This document shows positions 1-9,023 of a stretch of DNA of 64,000 nucleotides, in pieces. A model generated the notes under the pieces. The model was not told where the DNA came from. It saw nothing but the letters and a program-made list of their open reading frames with translations, and did not search any database. The stretch's first letter is position 1. Each line of letters begins with the position of its first letter. The stretch lies in NCBI GenBank assembly GCA_015066295.1, contig SVOR01000004.1, forward strand, positions 558 to 64,557, written 5' to 3'. This stretch comes from Oscillospiraceae bacterium (GTDB taxonomy: Bacteria; Bacillota; Clostridia; Oscillospirales; Acutalibacteraceae). Made by a program: the position numbers and the translations under genes.

Positions 1-245
1 GGCATCCATACCGCCGCGCCGCACATTAGGTCTCCAAGTGCGCCGCCCAAGGCCGCCGTTGCAACTGCGTATGGCGTCGGTAAAAGCGAAGCCGCTATAA
101 ATATAAAGGCATCGCCAAAATGCAAATAAGCGGTATTGGCGCCAATCTTTATGGGAATATGGAAAATAAATGCTGTAAATACTGCAATCAGTGCCGCGAA
201 AAGCGCCGCAATAGTTATATGCTTAATTGATTGTTTTTTATCCAT
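1..245 (-). CDS. multi-pass membrane protein, ECF-transporter S-component-like (N-terminal part only; gene runs off the window)
   Basis: Not in ORF track (no stop in window). Reverse translation from ATG 243-245 gives MDKKQSIKHITIAALFAALIAVFTAFIFHIPIKIGANTAYLHFGDAFIFIAASLLPTPYAV...; GAGGAG RBS at 253-258. Confidence 0.45.
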   Translation of the reverse strand, partial: MDKKQSIKHITIAALFAALIAVFTAFIFHIPIKIGANTAYLHFGDAFIFIAASLLPTPYAVATAALGGALGDLMCGAAVWM

Positions 246-294
246 AAATTGCTCCTCTAAACATTTTTTAGTATTATATCACTTTAATATTGTG

Positions 295-323
295 TTGACA
301 ACCCCCGAATATAATAATATAAT
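295..323 (+). promoter_or_regulatory. candidate sigma-A promoter for the NSS transporter gene
   Basis: TTGACA (295-300), 17-nt spacer, TATAAT (318-323), about 35 nt upstream of ATG 357. Confidence 0.45.
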
Positions 324-356
324 AAATAATTATAAGTAATGATAGGTGATATTGTA

Positions 357-1784
357 ATGGATAATCAAAACACAGCATTAAATACAAAAAAGAAGGCATC
401 ATTTACCGGTTCTCTCGGTTTCGTGCTTGCAGCAGCGGGTAGTGCCGTTGGTCTTGGAAATATTTGGCGTTTCCCCTACCTTGCGGCAAAGCATGGCGGT
501 GGTCTCTTTATTTTGGTATATATTATTTTAGCTCTTACATTTGGCTTTGCACTTCTTACTACCGATATTGCCATTGGTAGAAAAACGGGCAAAAGTGCAT
601 TGCAGGCTTATGGTGCACTCAGTAAAAAATGGGGATTTTTAGGCGCACTATCCTTTATAGTGCCTGCTATTATTCTTACGTACTACTCGGTTGTTGGCGG
701 TTGGATAACTAAATATGCTGCCGACTACATAATAAACGATACCTCTGTAATGGCAAAGGACGGTTATTTTACATCGTTTATCACCTCTAACATTTCCCCC
801 ATTGTCTTTACCTTTATATTTTTAGCGGTTACTGCCGTTATCGTATTCTTTGGTGTTGAAAAGGGTATTGAAAAGTTTTCGAAATTTGTTATGCCGGGTC
901 TATTGGTGCTTATTATCGGTATTGCAATATTCTCGCTGACCCTATCGCACACCGAAAACGGCGTTACACGTAATGGTCTTGACGGTCTTGCACGTTACTT
1001 TGTGCCTGATTTTAGCAAGGTTACACTTAGCAGCTTCTTCCAGCTGCTGCTTGATGCCACAGGTCAGCTTTTCTATTCACTCAGCGTTGCTATGGGTATT
1101 ATGATTACCTACGGCTCCTACGTTAAGAAGGACGTAAACCTTTCAAAGAGTGTATCTCAAATTGAAATTTTTGACACTGCCGTTGCTATTCTCTCGGGTC
1201 TTATGATTGTGCCCACCGTATTTATTTTCTCGGGTGAGGCAGGACTCGAAAACAGCGGCGCAGGTCTTATGTTCGTAGCACTTCCCAAGGTTTTTGAGGC
1301 TATGGGTGTTATTGGTAAATACGTAGGTATAACCTTCTTTATAATGGTTATATTTGCGGCGCTTACCTCAAGCGTATCAATTATGGAAACCATCGTGGCT
1401 TCCTGCATGGGCTTCTTTAAGACCACACGTAAAAAGACTTCACTTATTATCGCCGCAATTTTTGCCACCGCTTCGGTTGTTATTTGCCTCGGCTATAACG
1501 TGCTATACTTCGAATTAACACTTCCCAACGGTGCAGTTGGTCAATTGCTTGACGTTATGGACTATCTGAGCAACAGCGTGCTTATGCCGATAATTTCACT
1601 GCTTACCTGTATTCTTATCGGTTGGATACTTAAACCAAAAAGCATCATCGAGGAGATGGAAGTTGGCGGTGTAAGATTTAAAAAGAAAACACTTTATATT
1701 GCAATTGTAAAATACATAGCGCCCGTTATGTTGGCACTCATTTTAGCACAAGCATTAGGTATTACAAATCTTTTATTAAAATAA
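357..1784 (+). CDS. sodium-dependent transporter, neurotransmitter:sodium symporter (NSS/SNF) family
   Basis: ORF 339-1784; GLGNIWRFPYLAAKHGGG signature and many hydrophobic segments; start moved to ATG 357 (AGGTGA RBS 344-349). Confidence 0.85.
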   Translation: MDNQNTALNTKKKASFTGSLGFVLAAAGSAVGLGNIWRFPYLAAKHGGGLFILVYIILALTFGFALLTTDIAIGRKTGKSALQAYGALSKKWGFLGALSFIVPAIILTYYSVVGGWITKYAADYIINDTSVMAKDGYFTSFITSNISPIVFTFIFLAVTAVIVFFGVEKGIEKFSKFVMPGLLVLIIGIAIFSLTLSHTENGVTRNGLDGLARYFVPDFSKVTLSSFFQLLLDATGQLFYSLSVAMGIMITYGSYVKKDVNLSKSVSQIEIFDTAVAILSGLMIVPTVFIFSGEAGLENSGAGLMFVALPKVFEAMGVIGKYVGITFFIMVIFAALTSSVSIMETIVASCMGFFKTTRKKTSLIIAAIFATASVVICLGYNVLYFELTLPNGAVGQLLDVMDYLSNSVLMPIISLLTCILIGWILKPKSIIEEMEVGGVRFKKKTLYIAIVKYIAPVMLALILAQALGITNLLLK

Positions 1785-1791
1785 GTAACAT

Positions 1792-1822
1792 AAATCCCTG
1801 ATGTTTTATCAGGGATTTATTA
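1792..1822 (+). terminator. intrinsic terminator after NSS transporter gene
   Basis: Stem AAATCCCTGAT / ATCAGGGATTT followed by T-rich tract. Confidence 0.7.
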
Positions 1823-1871
1823 CACATATATTTTGCATAGTTTCGTATTAAGTTTAATTGGAGGAATTCCT

Positions 1872-2714
1872 TTGTATAAAATATTACGTAAAAAGGTTCT
1901 AAACCCCACCGTTACACTAATGGACATATATGCGCCTGACGTTGCAAAAAAGGCGGAGCCGGGCCAGTTTATAATTTTAAGGGTGGACGAAATGGGTGAG
2001 CGCATCCCGCTTACCATTGCCGATTTCGACCGCGAAAACGGTAGCGTTACCATAATATTTCAAATTGTGGGTGCCACAACCGAGAAGCTTAACCACCTGA
2101 ACGAGGGTGATAGTCTTTGCGATTTTGTAGGCCCGTTAGGTAAAGCTACCAAAACCGACGGACTTAAAAAGGTTGCCGTTGTTGGTGGTGGTGTTGGTTG
2201 CGCCATTGCCTACCCCGTAGCAAAAAAGCTTCACGATATGGGTTGTGAGGTAACGGCAATTACGGGCTTTAGAAATAAGGACCTTGTGATTTTAGAGGAC
2301 GAATTTAAAGCGGCATCCTCAAAATATATCCTTATGACCGACGATGGCTCGGCGGGTACAAAAGGACTCGTTACAAATGCGCTCGAAAGTCTGATTATTG
2401 ATGGCGAGCAATTTGACGAGGTTATCACCATTGGACCGCTTGTTATGATGAAGTTTGTTTGCATGCTGACAAAGAAATACAACGTTAAAACGGTTGCATC
2501 GATGAATCCAATAATGATTGACGGCACGGGAATGTGCGGCGGTTGCCGCCTCTCTGTCGGTGGTAAAACCGTTTTCGCTTGTGTTGATGGTCCTGAATTT
2601 GACGGTCATCTTATTGACTTTGACGAGGCAATTGAGCGTTCAAACGCATTTGTAGGCTTTGAGCGTCAAAAGCACGAAAGCACCTGCAACTTATTTAAAA
2701 AAGAGGTTGAATAA
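1872..2714 (+). CDS. nfnA: NfnA-like FAD/NAD(P)-binding subunit (PyrK / sulfide dehydrogenase-like ferredoxin-NADP reductase subunit)
   Basis: ORF 1833-2714; RIPLTIAD, VVGGGVGCA and a C-terminal Cys cluster (CGGCRL..C); TTG 1872 follows GGAGGA RBS; directly followed by a GltD-like partner. Confidence 0.7.
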   Translation: MYKILRKKVLNPTVTLMDIYAPDVAKKAEPGQFIILRVDEMGERIPLTIADFDRENGSVTIIFQIVGATTEKLNHLNEGDSLCDFVGPLGKATKTDGLKKVAVVGGGVGCAIAYPVAKKLHDMGCEVTAITGFRNKDLVILEDEFKAASSKYILMTDDGSAGTKGLVTNALESLIIDGEQFDEVITIGPLVMMKFVCMLTKKYNVKTVASMNPIMIDGTGMCGGCRLSVGGKTVFACVDGPEFDGHLIDFDEAIERSNAFVGFERQKHESTCNLFKKEVE

Positions 2715-2715
2715 A

Positions 2716-4131
2716 TTGGCTAATATGCGTTTAGATAAAAATCCAATGCCTGTGCAAGAGCCTGAAATACGCAACAGAAATTTCAGCGAGGTTGCCCTCG
2801 GCTACACCGAGGAACAGGCCATTGACGAGGCACAGCGTTGCCTTAACTGTAAAAATAAGCCCTGTATTTCGGGCTGTCCTGTTAAAATTCATATACCCGA
2901 GTTTATTGAAAAGGTGGCAAAAGGTGACTTTGAGGAAGCTTATAATATTATAGCCGAGTCCTCTGCCCTGCCCGCCGTTTGCGGCCGTGTTTGCCCGCAA
3001 GAAAATCAGTGTGAGGGTAAATGTGTACGCGGCATTAAGGGCGAGAGCGTTGCTATCGGCCGTCTTGAGCGCTTTGTTGCAGATTACCACAACGCAAAGG
3101 AAAACAACAGTATAACACCCCCTGCTTCCAACGGTCACAAGGTTGCTGTTATTGGCTCGGGTCCCTCGGGACTAACCTGTGCGGGCGACCTTGCAAAGAT
3201 GGGCTATGACGTCACTATTTTTGAGGCTTTGCACGTTGCGGGTGGAGTTTTAGTTTATGGTATCCCCGAATTCCGTCTGCCGAAGGCTATTGTCAGCAGA
3301 GAAATTGAAGGCTTAAAGGCACTTGGTGTTGAGATTAAGACCAACTCGGTTATCGGCAAGCTTTTCTCGATTGATGAGCTTATGGACGATATGGGATATG
3401 AGGCTGTGTTTATCGGCTCGGGCGCAGGTCTGCCTAAATTTATGGGCATTAAGGGTGAAAACTGCAAGGGTGTTTACTCTGCAAACGAATTTTTAACCCG
3501 AATAAATCTTATGAAAGCATATCTTGACGATAGCGACACCCCCGTTCAAGCAGCGCAAAGGGTTGCTGTTGTTGGCGGCGGCAACGTTGCTATGGATGCG
3601 GCACGTTGTGCTAAGCGACTTGGCGCTGAGGTTTACATCGTTTACCGCAGAGGTATGGAAGAATTACCTGCACGTAAAGAGGAAATCGAGCACGCAATCG
3701 AGGAAGGAATCGTATTTAAGACCCTTACCAACCCCACAGAGATTTTATGCTATCGCAACGAAAACGATAAAAAGGACCCCAAAAACGGCTTTGTTTGCGG
3801 TATAAAGTGCGTCGAGATGGAACTCGGAGAGCCTGATGCTTCGGGAAGACGCCGTCCCATTGTTAAGGAAAATAGTGAATTTACCATTGACGTTGATTCG
3901 GTTATAATGGCGCTTGGCACATCACCAAACCCGTTAATAACCTCAACAACAAATGGTCTTGAAACCGAAAAATGGGGAGGAATTATTGCCGACGAGCAAA
4001 CAGGACAAACCTCTCGCGAGGGTGTGTTTGCAGGCGGTGACGCCGTTACGGGTGCCGCCACCGTTATACTTGCGATGGGTGCGGGCAAAAATGCGGCCGA
4101 GGCAATTGATAAATATATTAAATCTAAATAG
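2716..4131 (+). CDS. nfnB: NfnB / glutamate synthase small-chain (GltD)-like NADPH-dependent oxidoreductase
   Basis: ORF 2659-4131; two Fe-S Cys motifs (CLNCKNKPC, CGRVCPQENQCEGKC); two Rossmann motifs (VIGSGPSG, VVGGGNVAMD); start TTG 2716 (1 nt after nfnA stop) or ATG 2725. Confidence 0.8.
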   Translation: MANMRLDKNPMPVQEPEIRNRNFSEVALGYTEEQAIDEAQRCLNCKNKPCISGCPVKIHIPEFIEKVAKGDFEEAYNIIAESSALPAVCGRVCPQENQCEGKCVRGIKGESVAIGRLERFVADYHNAKENNSITPPASNGHKVAVIGSGPSGLTCAGDLAKMGYDVTIFEALHVAGGVLVYGIPEFRLPKAIVSREIEGLKALGVEIKTNSVIGKLFSIDELMDDMGYEAVFIGSGAGLPKFMGIKGENCKGVYSANEFLTRINLMKAYLDDSDTPVQAAQRVAVVGGGNVAMDAARCAKRLGAEVYIVYRRGMEELPARKEEIEHAIEEGIVFKTLTNPTEILCYRNENDKKDPKNGFVCGIKCVEMELGEPDASGRRRPIVKENSEFTIDVDSVIMALGTSPNPLITSTTNGLETEKWGGIIADEQTGQTSREGVFAGGDAVTGAATVILAMGAGKNAAEAIDKYIKSK

Positions 4132-4135
4132 CAAT

Positions 4136-4172
4136 AAAAAAAGTGCTGAAGAATCTTCAGCACTTTTTTATT
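4136..4172. terminator. bidirectional intrinsic terminator between convergent nfnB and rbr
   Basis: 10-bp stem AGTGCTGAAG / CTTCAGCACT (4142-4164) flanked by A-run and T-run. Confidence 0.8.
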
Positions 4173-4709
4173 TTAATAATTTGTTTCTTTTAGCTTGAAA
4201 TAAGCCTGCGGATGAGCACATACGGGGCAAACCTCGGGAGCCTGCTTGCCGATAACAATGTGACCGCAGTTGATGCACTGCCAGATAGCGTCGTTATCCT
4301 TAGAGAAAACAAGACCGCCCTTTACGTTTTCAAGAAGCTTTAAATAGCGATTTTCGTGTTCCTTCTCGATTAACGCTACGCCCTCGAAAAGTGCTGCGAT
4401 TTTGTCGAAGCCCTCTTCCTTTGCAACCTTAGCGAACTCGGCATACATTTCGGTCCACTCGTAATTTTCGCCTGCTGCGGCATCCTCAAGGTTGATTTCG
4501 GTGCTTTGAATACCGTCGTGAAGCAGCTTAAACCAAATTTTAGCATGCTCCTTTTCGTTGTTGGCGGTTTCTTCAAATATCTCTGCTATTTGAACGTAGC
4601 CGTCCTTTCTTGCCTTTGAAGCGTAGTAGGTGTACTTGTTTCTTGCCTGTGACTCGCCTGCAAAGGCAGCCATCAAATTGGCCTCGGTTCTTGAACCCTT
4701 AAGTTCCAT
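4173..4709 (-). CDS. rbr: rubrerythrin (classical order: diiron ferritin-like domain, then C-terminal rubredoxin-like domain)
   Basis: [35 protein letters not shown] diiron motifs; C-terminal CINCG...CPVC. Confidence 0.9.
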   Translation of the reverse strand: MELKGSRTEANLMAAFAGESQARNKYTYYASKARKDGYVQIAEIFEETANNEKEHAKIWFKLLHDGIQSTEINLEDAAAGENYEWTEMYAEFAKVAKEEGFDKIAALFEGVALIEKEHENRYLKLLENVKGGLVFSKDNDAIWQCINCGHIVIGKQAPEVCPVCAHPQAYFKLKETNY

Positions 4710-4739
4710 TTTAAATTCCTCCTTATGTTTTTAATATTA

Positions 4740-4754
4740 TTTGCAAAATGCAAA
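4740..4754 (-). promoter_or_regulatory. inverted repeat TTTGCA-AAA-TGCAAA upstream of rbr (operator or weak pcrA terminator)
   Basis: Perfect 6-3-6 palindrome in the 51-bp gap between the pcrA stop and the rbr start. Confidence 0.25.
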
Positions 4755-4760
4755 AATTTA

Positions 4761-7091
4761 TTAGATAATTTTTAGCTTGGCATAGTTGGCCATAAGCTTC
4801 TTTTTGCCCGCCGTTTTAAAGTTTACCTCCAGCAGTGAATCGTCGCCCATGGGACTGATGCTTAACACCACACCCTCGCCAAAGGTTGAGTGACTAACGA
4901 GCATACCCGTTTTATAAACGTTGGTATCCTTAAATTTGGGTGTAGGTCTCGGCGGCGGTGTGAAGGTGGGTCTTTGGGTGACGTTAGTCCTCGGTAGGTC
5001 GTCAAATAAAATTCTGCTCGAAGCACGACTTATATTGCAGTATTGCTCGGGCACCTCTTTTAAGAAGCGTGACGGCAAATTGCGGGTGGTAGAACCAAAC
5101 AACATTCTGACGTTTGTGTTGGTAATGGTAAGCACCCGTTTAGCTCTTGTTATGGCAACGTATGCGAGGCGACGCTCCTCCTCAATTGCCGAGGGTCCGT
5201 CATATATGGTTTGATAACCGGGGAAAACACCCTCCTCCATACCGACTATAAAGACGTTGTTAAATTCAAGTCCTTTAGCCGAGTGTATGGTCATCATTAC
5301 AACCTTATCGTCATCCTCCTCGAGCGAATCAATATCGCTTACAAGTGCAATTTCCTCTAAAAAACCCGAAAGGGTTGCCTCCTCGTTTTCCTGCTCGTAC
5401 TGCATAATGCTTGACGATAATTCGAGGATATTATCAATTCTGTCCTGTTCGCTCTCGCCTGCCGCCTGCAAAGCGGTAATATAGCCCGAGTCGGCAATAA
5501 CGTTTTCGAGCAATTCGTGAAGCGGTATGCCGCTTACCTGCTCGCGCAAATTATCAATCATCTCGCAAAATTCACCTAACTTTGCGGCGCTGCGCGAAAG
5601 CATTGGGTAATCTGCCGCCGTTTTAAATACCTCGAAAAGCGAAAGACCGAGGCTATCGGCAATTTGCGACGCATTATTAACGGTGGTGTCGCCTATTCCT
5701 CTCTTGGGCTCGTTTATAATTCTTTTAAGGCGCAGGTCATCATACGGATTATTTATAACGGTTAAGTAGGCTAAAATATCCTTAATTTCCTTACGCTCAA
5801 AAAAGCGCATACCGCCAATAACACGGTAGGAAATACCGCTTCGCGCAAACACGTTTTCGAGTGCGTTGGACTGCGCGTTCATTCTGTAAAGAATAGCGTG
5901 GTCGGAAAATTTACCGCCGTGCCGCACGTTTTCAAGAATTTTATCGGCAATATATCTTGCCTCGTCACGCTCATCCTCGGCGGTATGCAGCGTTACCTTT
6001 TCGCCCGTACCGTTGTCGGTCCAAAGGTTTTTACCCTTTCTGCCTTGATTGTTTTTAATAACGGCATTGGCAACATCTAAAATATTGCTTGTTGATCGGT
6101 AATTTTGCTCGAGTCTGATAACCCTTGCCTCTTTATACTGCTTTTCAAAATTGAGTATATTTTCAATGGTAGCGCCACGGAAGTGGTAAATACTTTGGTC
6201 ATCATCACCCACAACGCAAAAATTGCGGTATTTGTTAGCAAGCAGGCTTACAAGCACGTACTGTGCGTGGTTGGTATCCTGATACTCGTCAACCATTATG
6301 TAGCGGAATTTTTCGCGATAATATTCCAGTACGTCCTCATTTTCGCGAAACAATTTGACGGTATTATTTATCATATCGTCAAAATCCATCGCATCGTTGT
6401 TAATAAGGCGGACAGTATATAATTTATATATTTTTGATATAAGCGACTGACGGAAATCCCCCGTCGCGCTTTCATCGTACTTTTCGGGTGTTATCAGCTT
6501 ATCCTTAGCCGAAGAAATAGCGCTTAGCACCGCCTTAACGGGCAGAAACTTCTCGTCTATATTCTCCTGCTTCATAATATCTTTTACGATTTTTTTCTGG
6601 TCGTCGGTATCGTATATTGTAAAGTGCGAGGTGTAACCGATTTTTGCCGCAAAGCGACGCAAAATTTTACCGCATATCGAGTGGAAGGTGCCCGCCCATA
6701 TATCTGTGGCATCTTCGCCTAATTTTTGTGCGATACGCTCTTTAAGTTCATTTGCCGCCTTGTTTGTAAAGGTAATGGCAAGTATCTGGTAGGGCTTCGC
6801 CGCGTCCTTCAGAAAAATGGGCGGCAGATAATCGCTTTTGCCCTCTAAATAAGCAAGACCACATTCATATTCCTGCTCGCTTAAATCTATAGGCTTGCCG
6901 TAGGCGTCACCATATTTCACAATACAGGCAATACGGTTTACAAGCACCGTTGTTTTGCCGCTACCTGCACCCGCCAGCACCAAAACAGGCCCCGAAACAG
7001 TAGTAACTGCACGAAGCTGCATATCGTTCATACGAGAAAAATCCTTCTCGATTATCTTGTCCCTTAAAGTGATAAAATCTTGCTGTGTCAT
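4761..7091 (-). CDS. pcrA: ATP-dependent DNA helicase PcrA/UvrD (SF1)
   Basis: AGAGSGKTTVL Walker A, MVDEYQDTN, VGDDDQSIY, QNYRST, TIHSAKGLEF, VAITRAK. Confidence 0.9.
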   Translation of the reverse strand: MTQQDFITLRDKIIEKDFSRMNDMQLRAVTTVSGPVLVLAGAGSGKTTVLVNRIACIVKYGDAYGKPIDLSEQEYECGLAYLEGKSDYLPPIFLKDAAKPYQILAITFTNKAANELKERIAQKLGEDATDIWAGTFHSICGKILRRFAAKIGYTSHFTIYDTDDQKKIVKDIMKQENIDEKFLPVKAVLSAISSAKDKLITPEKYDESATGDFRQSLISKIYKLYTVRLINNDAMDFDDMINNTVKLFRENEDVLEYYREKFRYIMVDEYQDTNHAQYVLVSLLANKYRNFCVVGDDDQSIYHFRGATIENILNFEKQYKEARVIRLEQNYRSTSNILDVANAVIKNNQGRKGKNLWTDNGTGEKVTLHTAEDERDEARYIADKILENVRHGGKFSDHAILYRMNAQSNALENVFARSGISYRVIGGMRFFERKEIKDILAYLTVINNPYDDLRLKRIINEPKRGIGDTTVNNASQIADSLGLSLFEVFKTAADYPMLSRSAAKLGEFCEMIDNLREQVSGIPLHELLENVIADSGYITALQAAGESEQDRIDNILELSSSIMQYEQENEEATLSGFLEEIALVSDIDSLEEDDDKVVMMTIHSAKGLEFNNVFIVGMEEGVFPGYQTIYDGPSAIEEERRLAYVAITRAKRVLTITNTNVRMLFGSTTRNLPSRFLKEVPEQYCNISRASSRILFDDLPRTNVTQRPTFTPPPRPTPKFKDTNVYKTGMLVSHSTFGEGVVLSISPMGDDSLLEVNFKTAGKKKLMANYAKLKII

Positions 7092-7207
7092 TATATATCC
7101 TCCGCTAATATAAAAATATTTTACAATATTTTTAATAATATAGCAATAATTAAATTAACCTTTTGGTAATTTATATATGTAAAACAGTTTCTATTTTTAC
7201 TTAGGAT

Positions 7208-7248
7208 AAAAAAGGTAGGCGAACGCTCCGTTCGCCTACCTTTTTTCT
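7208..7248 (-). terminator. intrinsic terminator after the surface-protein cluster
   Basis: 12-bp stem GGTAGGCGAACG / CGTTCGCCTACC; U-run on the minus strand. Confidence 0.8.
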
Positions 7249-7261
7249 TTTTAACTGTTTT

Positions 7262-8137
7262 CTATTCTTTCTTCTTTTTTCGGCGTTTAAGCACAAGTAC
7301 CGTAATAATTACACATACAACTATAATTACTAAACCAACTATAGGACACAACACATTAAACAGCGAACCGTAATAAAAGCATTTCCAATTTTCATGTCCG
7401 CAAAGACTATACGTTTCTTCATCAGGCGCATATACTACTAATTTTTCGTGGCAGTTATTAAAAGCGTAGTATATTGCCTCTGAGTCAAACAAATCAAAAC
7501 TTGCGGTTTTATAACTTATGTTTTTCCCTAAAACTACCTTTTTAAGATTTTGGCAGTTTTGAAATACATGTCCTAATGTTGACCCGCCGGGAATTATAAC
7601 ACATTCTAAAGAATCAAGGCTAGAAAACACATGCGATGCCAAATGGTGCTCCCGTTCATCACCAATATTTACGGGTCCCGAAAATTTAATCTTTGTTAAG
7701 GCATCACAATCATAAAACGAGAAAAAGCGAATTTTCTCTAACGATTTTGGAAGTGTGACCTTTTTTATAGAATCGCAATCAAGAAAACAAAACTCAATTA
7801 TTTCTAAGGTGCCTGGGAAAGATACATCCTTTAAGGCATACATATCGTTAAAGCAGTTATATATTTCGGTTATTCCCTCTCCAATAATAAGATGCTTTAC
7901 GGTTTTATTTATATTTTTGTATGCTTGCTCATTAAGACCACCAAAATCCACATCAACACTATTGCGACCAAAAACATCGTACGCCTTACCATTTCCCGAA
8001 ACAGTAAGTGTGCCTGTTTTTTCGTCAAAAGAGGTTGTTATATTGCTTTGCTCTGATGGCTCTGCCGAGACGCAAATAGGCAATACAAAAGTTACTATTA
8101 AAATGAGCAATAAAAATATTCTTAATAATTTCTTCAT
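7262..8137 (-). CDS. leucine-rich-repeat (BspA-type) surface protein with signal peptide and C-terminal membrane anchor
   Basis: ORF 7262-8164; MKKLLRIFLLLILIVTFVLPICVSA signal; repeated LxxIxF/FxxCxxLxxV units; C-terminal TM plus KRRKKKKE; start moved to ATG 8137. Confidence 0.6.
   Translation of the reverse strand: MKKLLRIFLLLILIVTFVLPICVSAEPSEQSNITTSFDEKTGTLTVSGNGKAYDVFGRNSVDVDFGGLNEQAYKNINKTVKHLIIGEGITEIYNCFNDMYALKDVSFPGTLEIIEFCFLDCDSIKKVTLPKSLEKIRFFSFYDCDALTKIKFSGPVNIGDEREHHLASHVFSSLDSLECVIIPGGSTLGHVFQNCQNLKKVVLGKNISYKTASFDLFDSEAIYYAFNNCHEKLVVYAPDEETYSLCGHENWKCFYYGSLFNVLCPIVGLVIIVVCVIITVLVLKRRKKKKE
8004..8053. repeat. 50-bp block identical to 8875-8924 (between the two LRR paralogs)
   Basis: GTAAGTGTGCCTGTTTTTTCGTCAAAAGAGGTTGTTATATTGCTTTGCTC occurs at both positions. 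Confidence 0.9.
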
Positions 8138-8156
8138 AATAACAACACCCGTGTAT

Positions 8157-9008
8157 TTACTCATCTTTTTGAGTGTTTTTTTGCTTTTTTAAAAATTTTA
8201 ATAAAAACATAGACCCCGTTATCGCCGTCGCTATAAGCAATATATCGATAAAAATTAAAATCAATCTCAAATTATAGGGTTCTACCTCGGAATATGAGTA
8301 TACTTTCAAATCATCACGGCAGCCCCAAAATGGTGGCATCGCTTCTGTTTCAGTTAAACTCCAATTAGCTGCTTCAAATTTTATATTAGCACCTAAAACC
8401 ACTGTTTTAAGATTTTCGCAATCCTTAAAAACGCCACCCAAAACTGAATTATCAGGTATTTTAACATACTTTAATGAGTCAAGATTGCAAAAAACGAATG
8501 ATTCACATCCGCCCTTATCAGGGAATTCTTCGCCTATAGTTAATGGGCCTGAAAATTTTATCTTGGTTAGACCGTCGCAATCGTAAAATGCTGCTTGCGC
8601 GAGAACTTTAAGAGATTTTGGGAATTTAACCTTCTTAATAGTATCGCAATCAACGAAACAAAAATCAATTCTTTCTAAGGTTTTTGGGAAGGTTACATCC
8701 TCTAATGCCTGCATATCGTTGAAGCAATTAAATATTTCGGTAATTCCCTCTCCGATGATAAGGTGCTTTACAGTATTGTCGATATTCTTAATTTCCTCCG
8801 AAGGAAATAAAAAGTCAAACAAGTCTACGTTATTACGTCCAAAAATATCGGACGCCTTGCCTCTGCCCGACACGGTAAGTGTGCCTGTTTTTTCGTCAAA
8901 AGAGGTTGTTATATTGCTTTGCTCAGTATTTTTAGCCGAAACACAAAGCGGTAGCATAAAATTTGCAAGAAGAATAAGTAGTAATAGTATACTTAAAAAT
9001 TTTTTCAT
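8157..9008 (-). CDS. leucine-rich-repeat surface protein, tandem paralog of 7262-8137
   Basis: Same architecture (signal peptide, LRRs, C-terminal TM); shared blocks SNITTSFDEKTGTLTVSG and TVKHLIIGEGITEI.NCFNDM. Confidence 0.6.
   Translation of the reverse strand: MKKFLSILLLLILLANFMLPLCVSAKNTEQSNITTSFDEKTGTLTVSGRGKASDIFGRNNVDLFDFLFPSEEIKNIDNTVKHLIIGEGITEIFNCFNDMQALEDVTFPKTLERIDFCFVDCDTIKKVKFPKSLKVLAQAAFYDCDGLTKIKFSGPLTIGEEFPDKGGCESFVFCNLDSLKYVKIPDNSVLGGVFKDCENLKTVVLGANIKFEAANWSLTETEAMPPFWGCRDDLKVYSYSEVEPYNLRLILIFIDILLIATAITGSMFLLKFLKKQKNTQKDE
8875..8924. repeat. 50-bp block identical to 8004-8053
   Basis: See 8004-8053. Confidence 0.9.
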
Positions 9009-9023
9009 AAATCAGCACTCCTT

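Noticed and set aside
136-339. 67-aa plus-strand ORF at the start of the window
   Set aside because: It lies antisense to a well-supported minus-strand membrane-protein gene (1-245) and runs through the promoter and AT-rich leader of the transporter gene. It has no RBS.
3750-4163. Long antisense ORFs inside nfnB (this one), and likewise 16688-17086, 26189-26740, 33005-33295, 37839-38480, 58079-58645 and 58937-59368
   Set aside because: All sit opposite genes with clear family motifs. They have low-complexity, Ser/Pro/Leu-rich translations and no RBS, so they are typical shadow ORFs.
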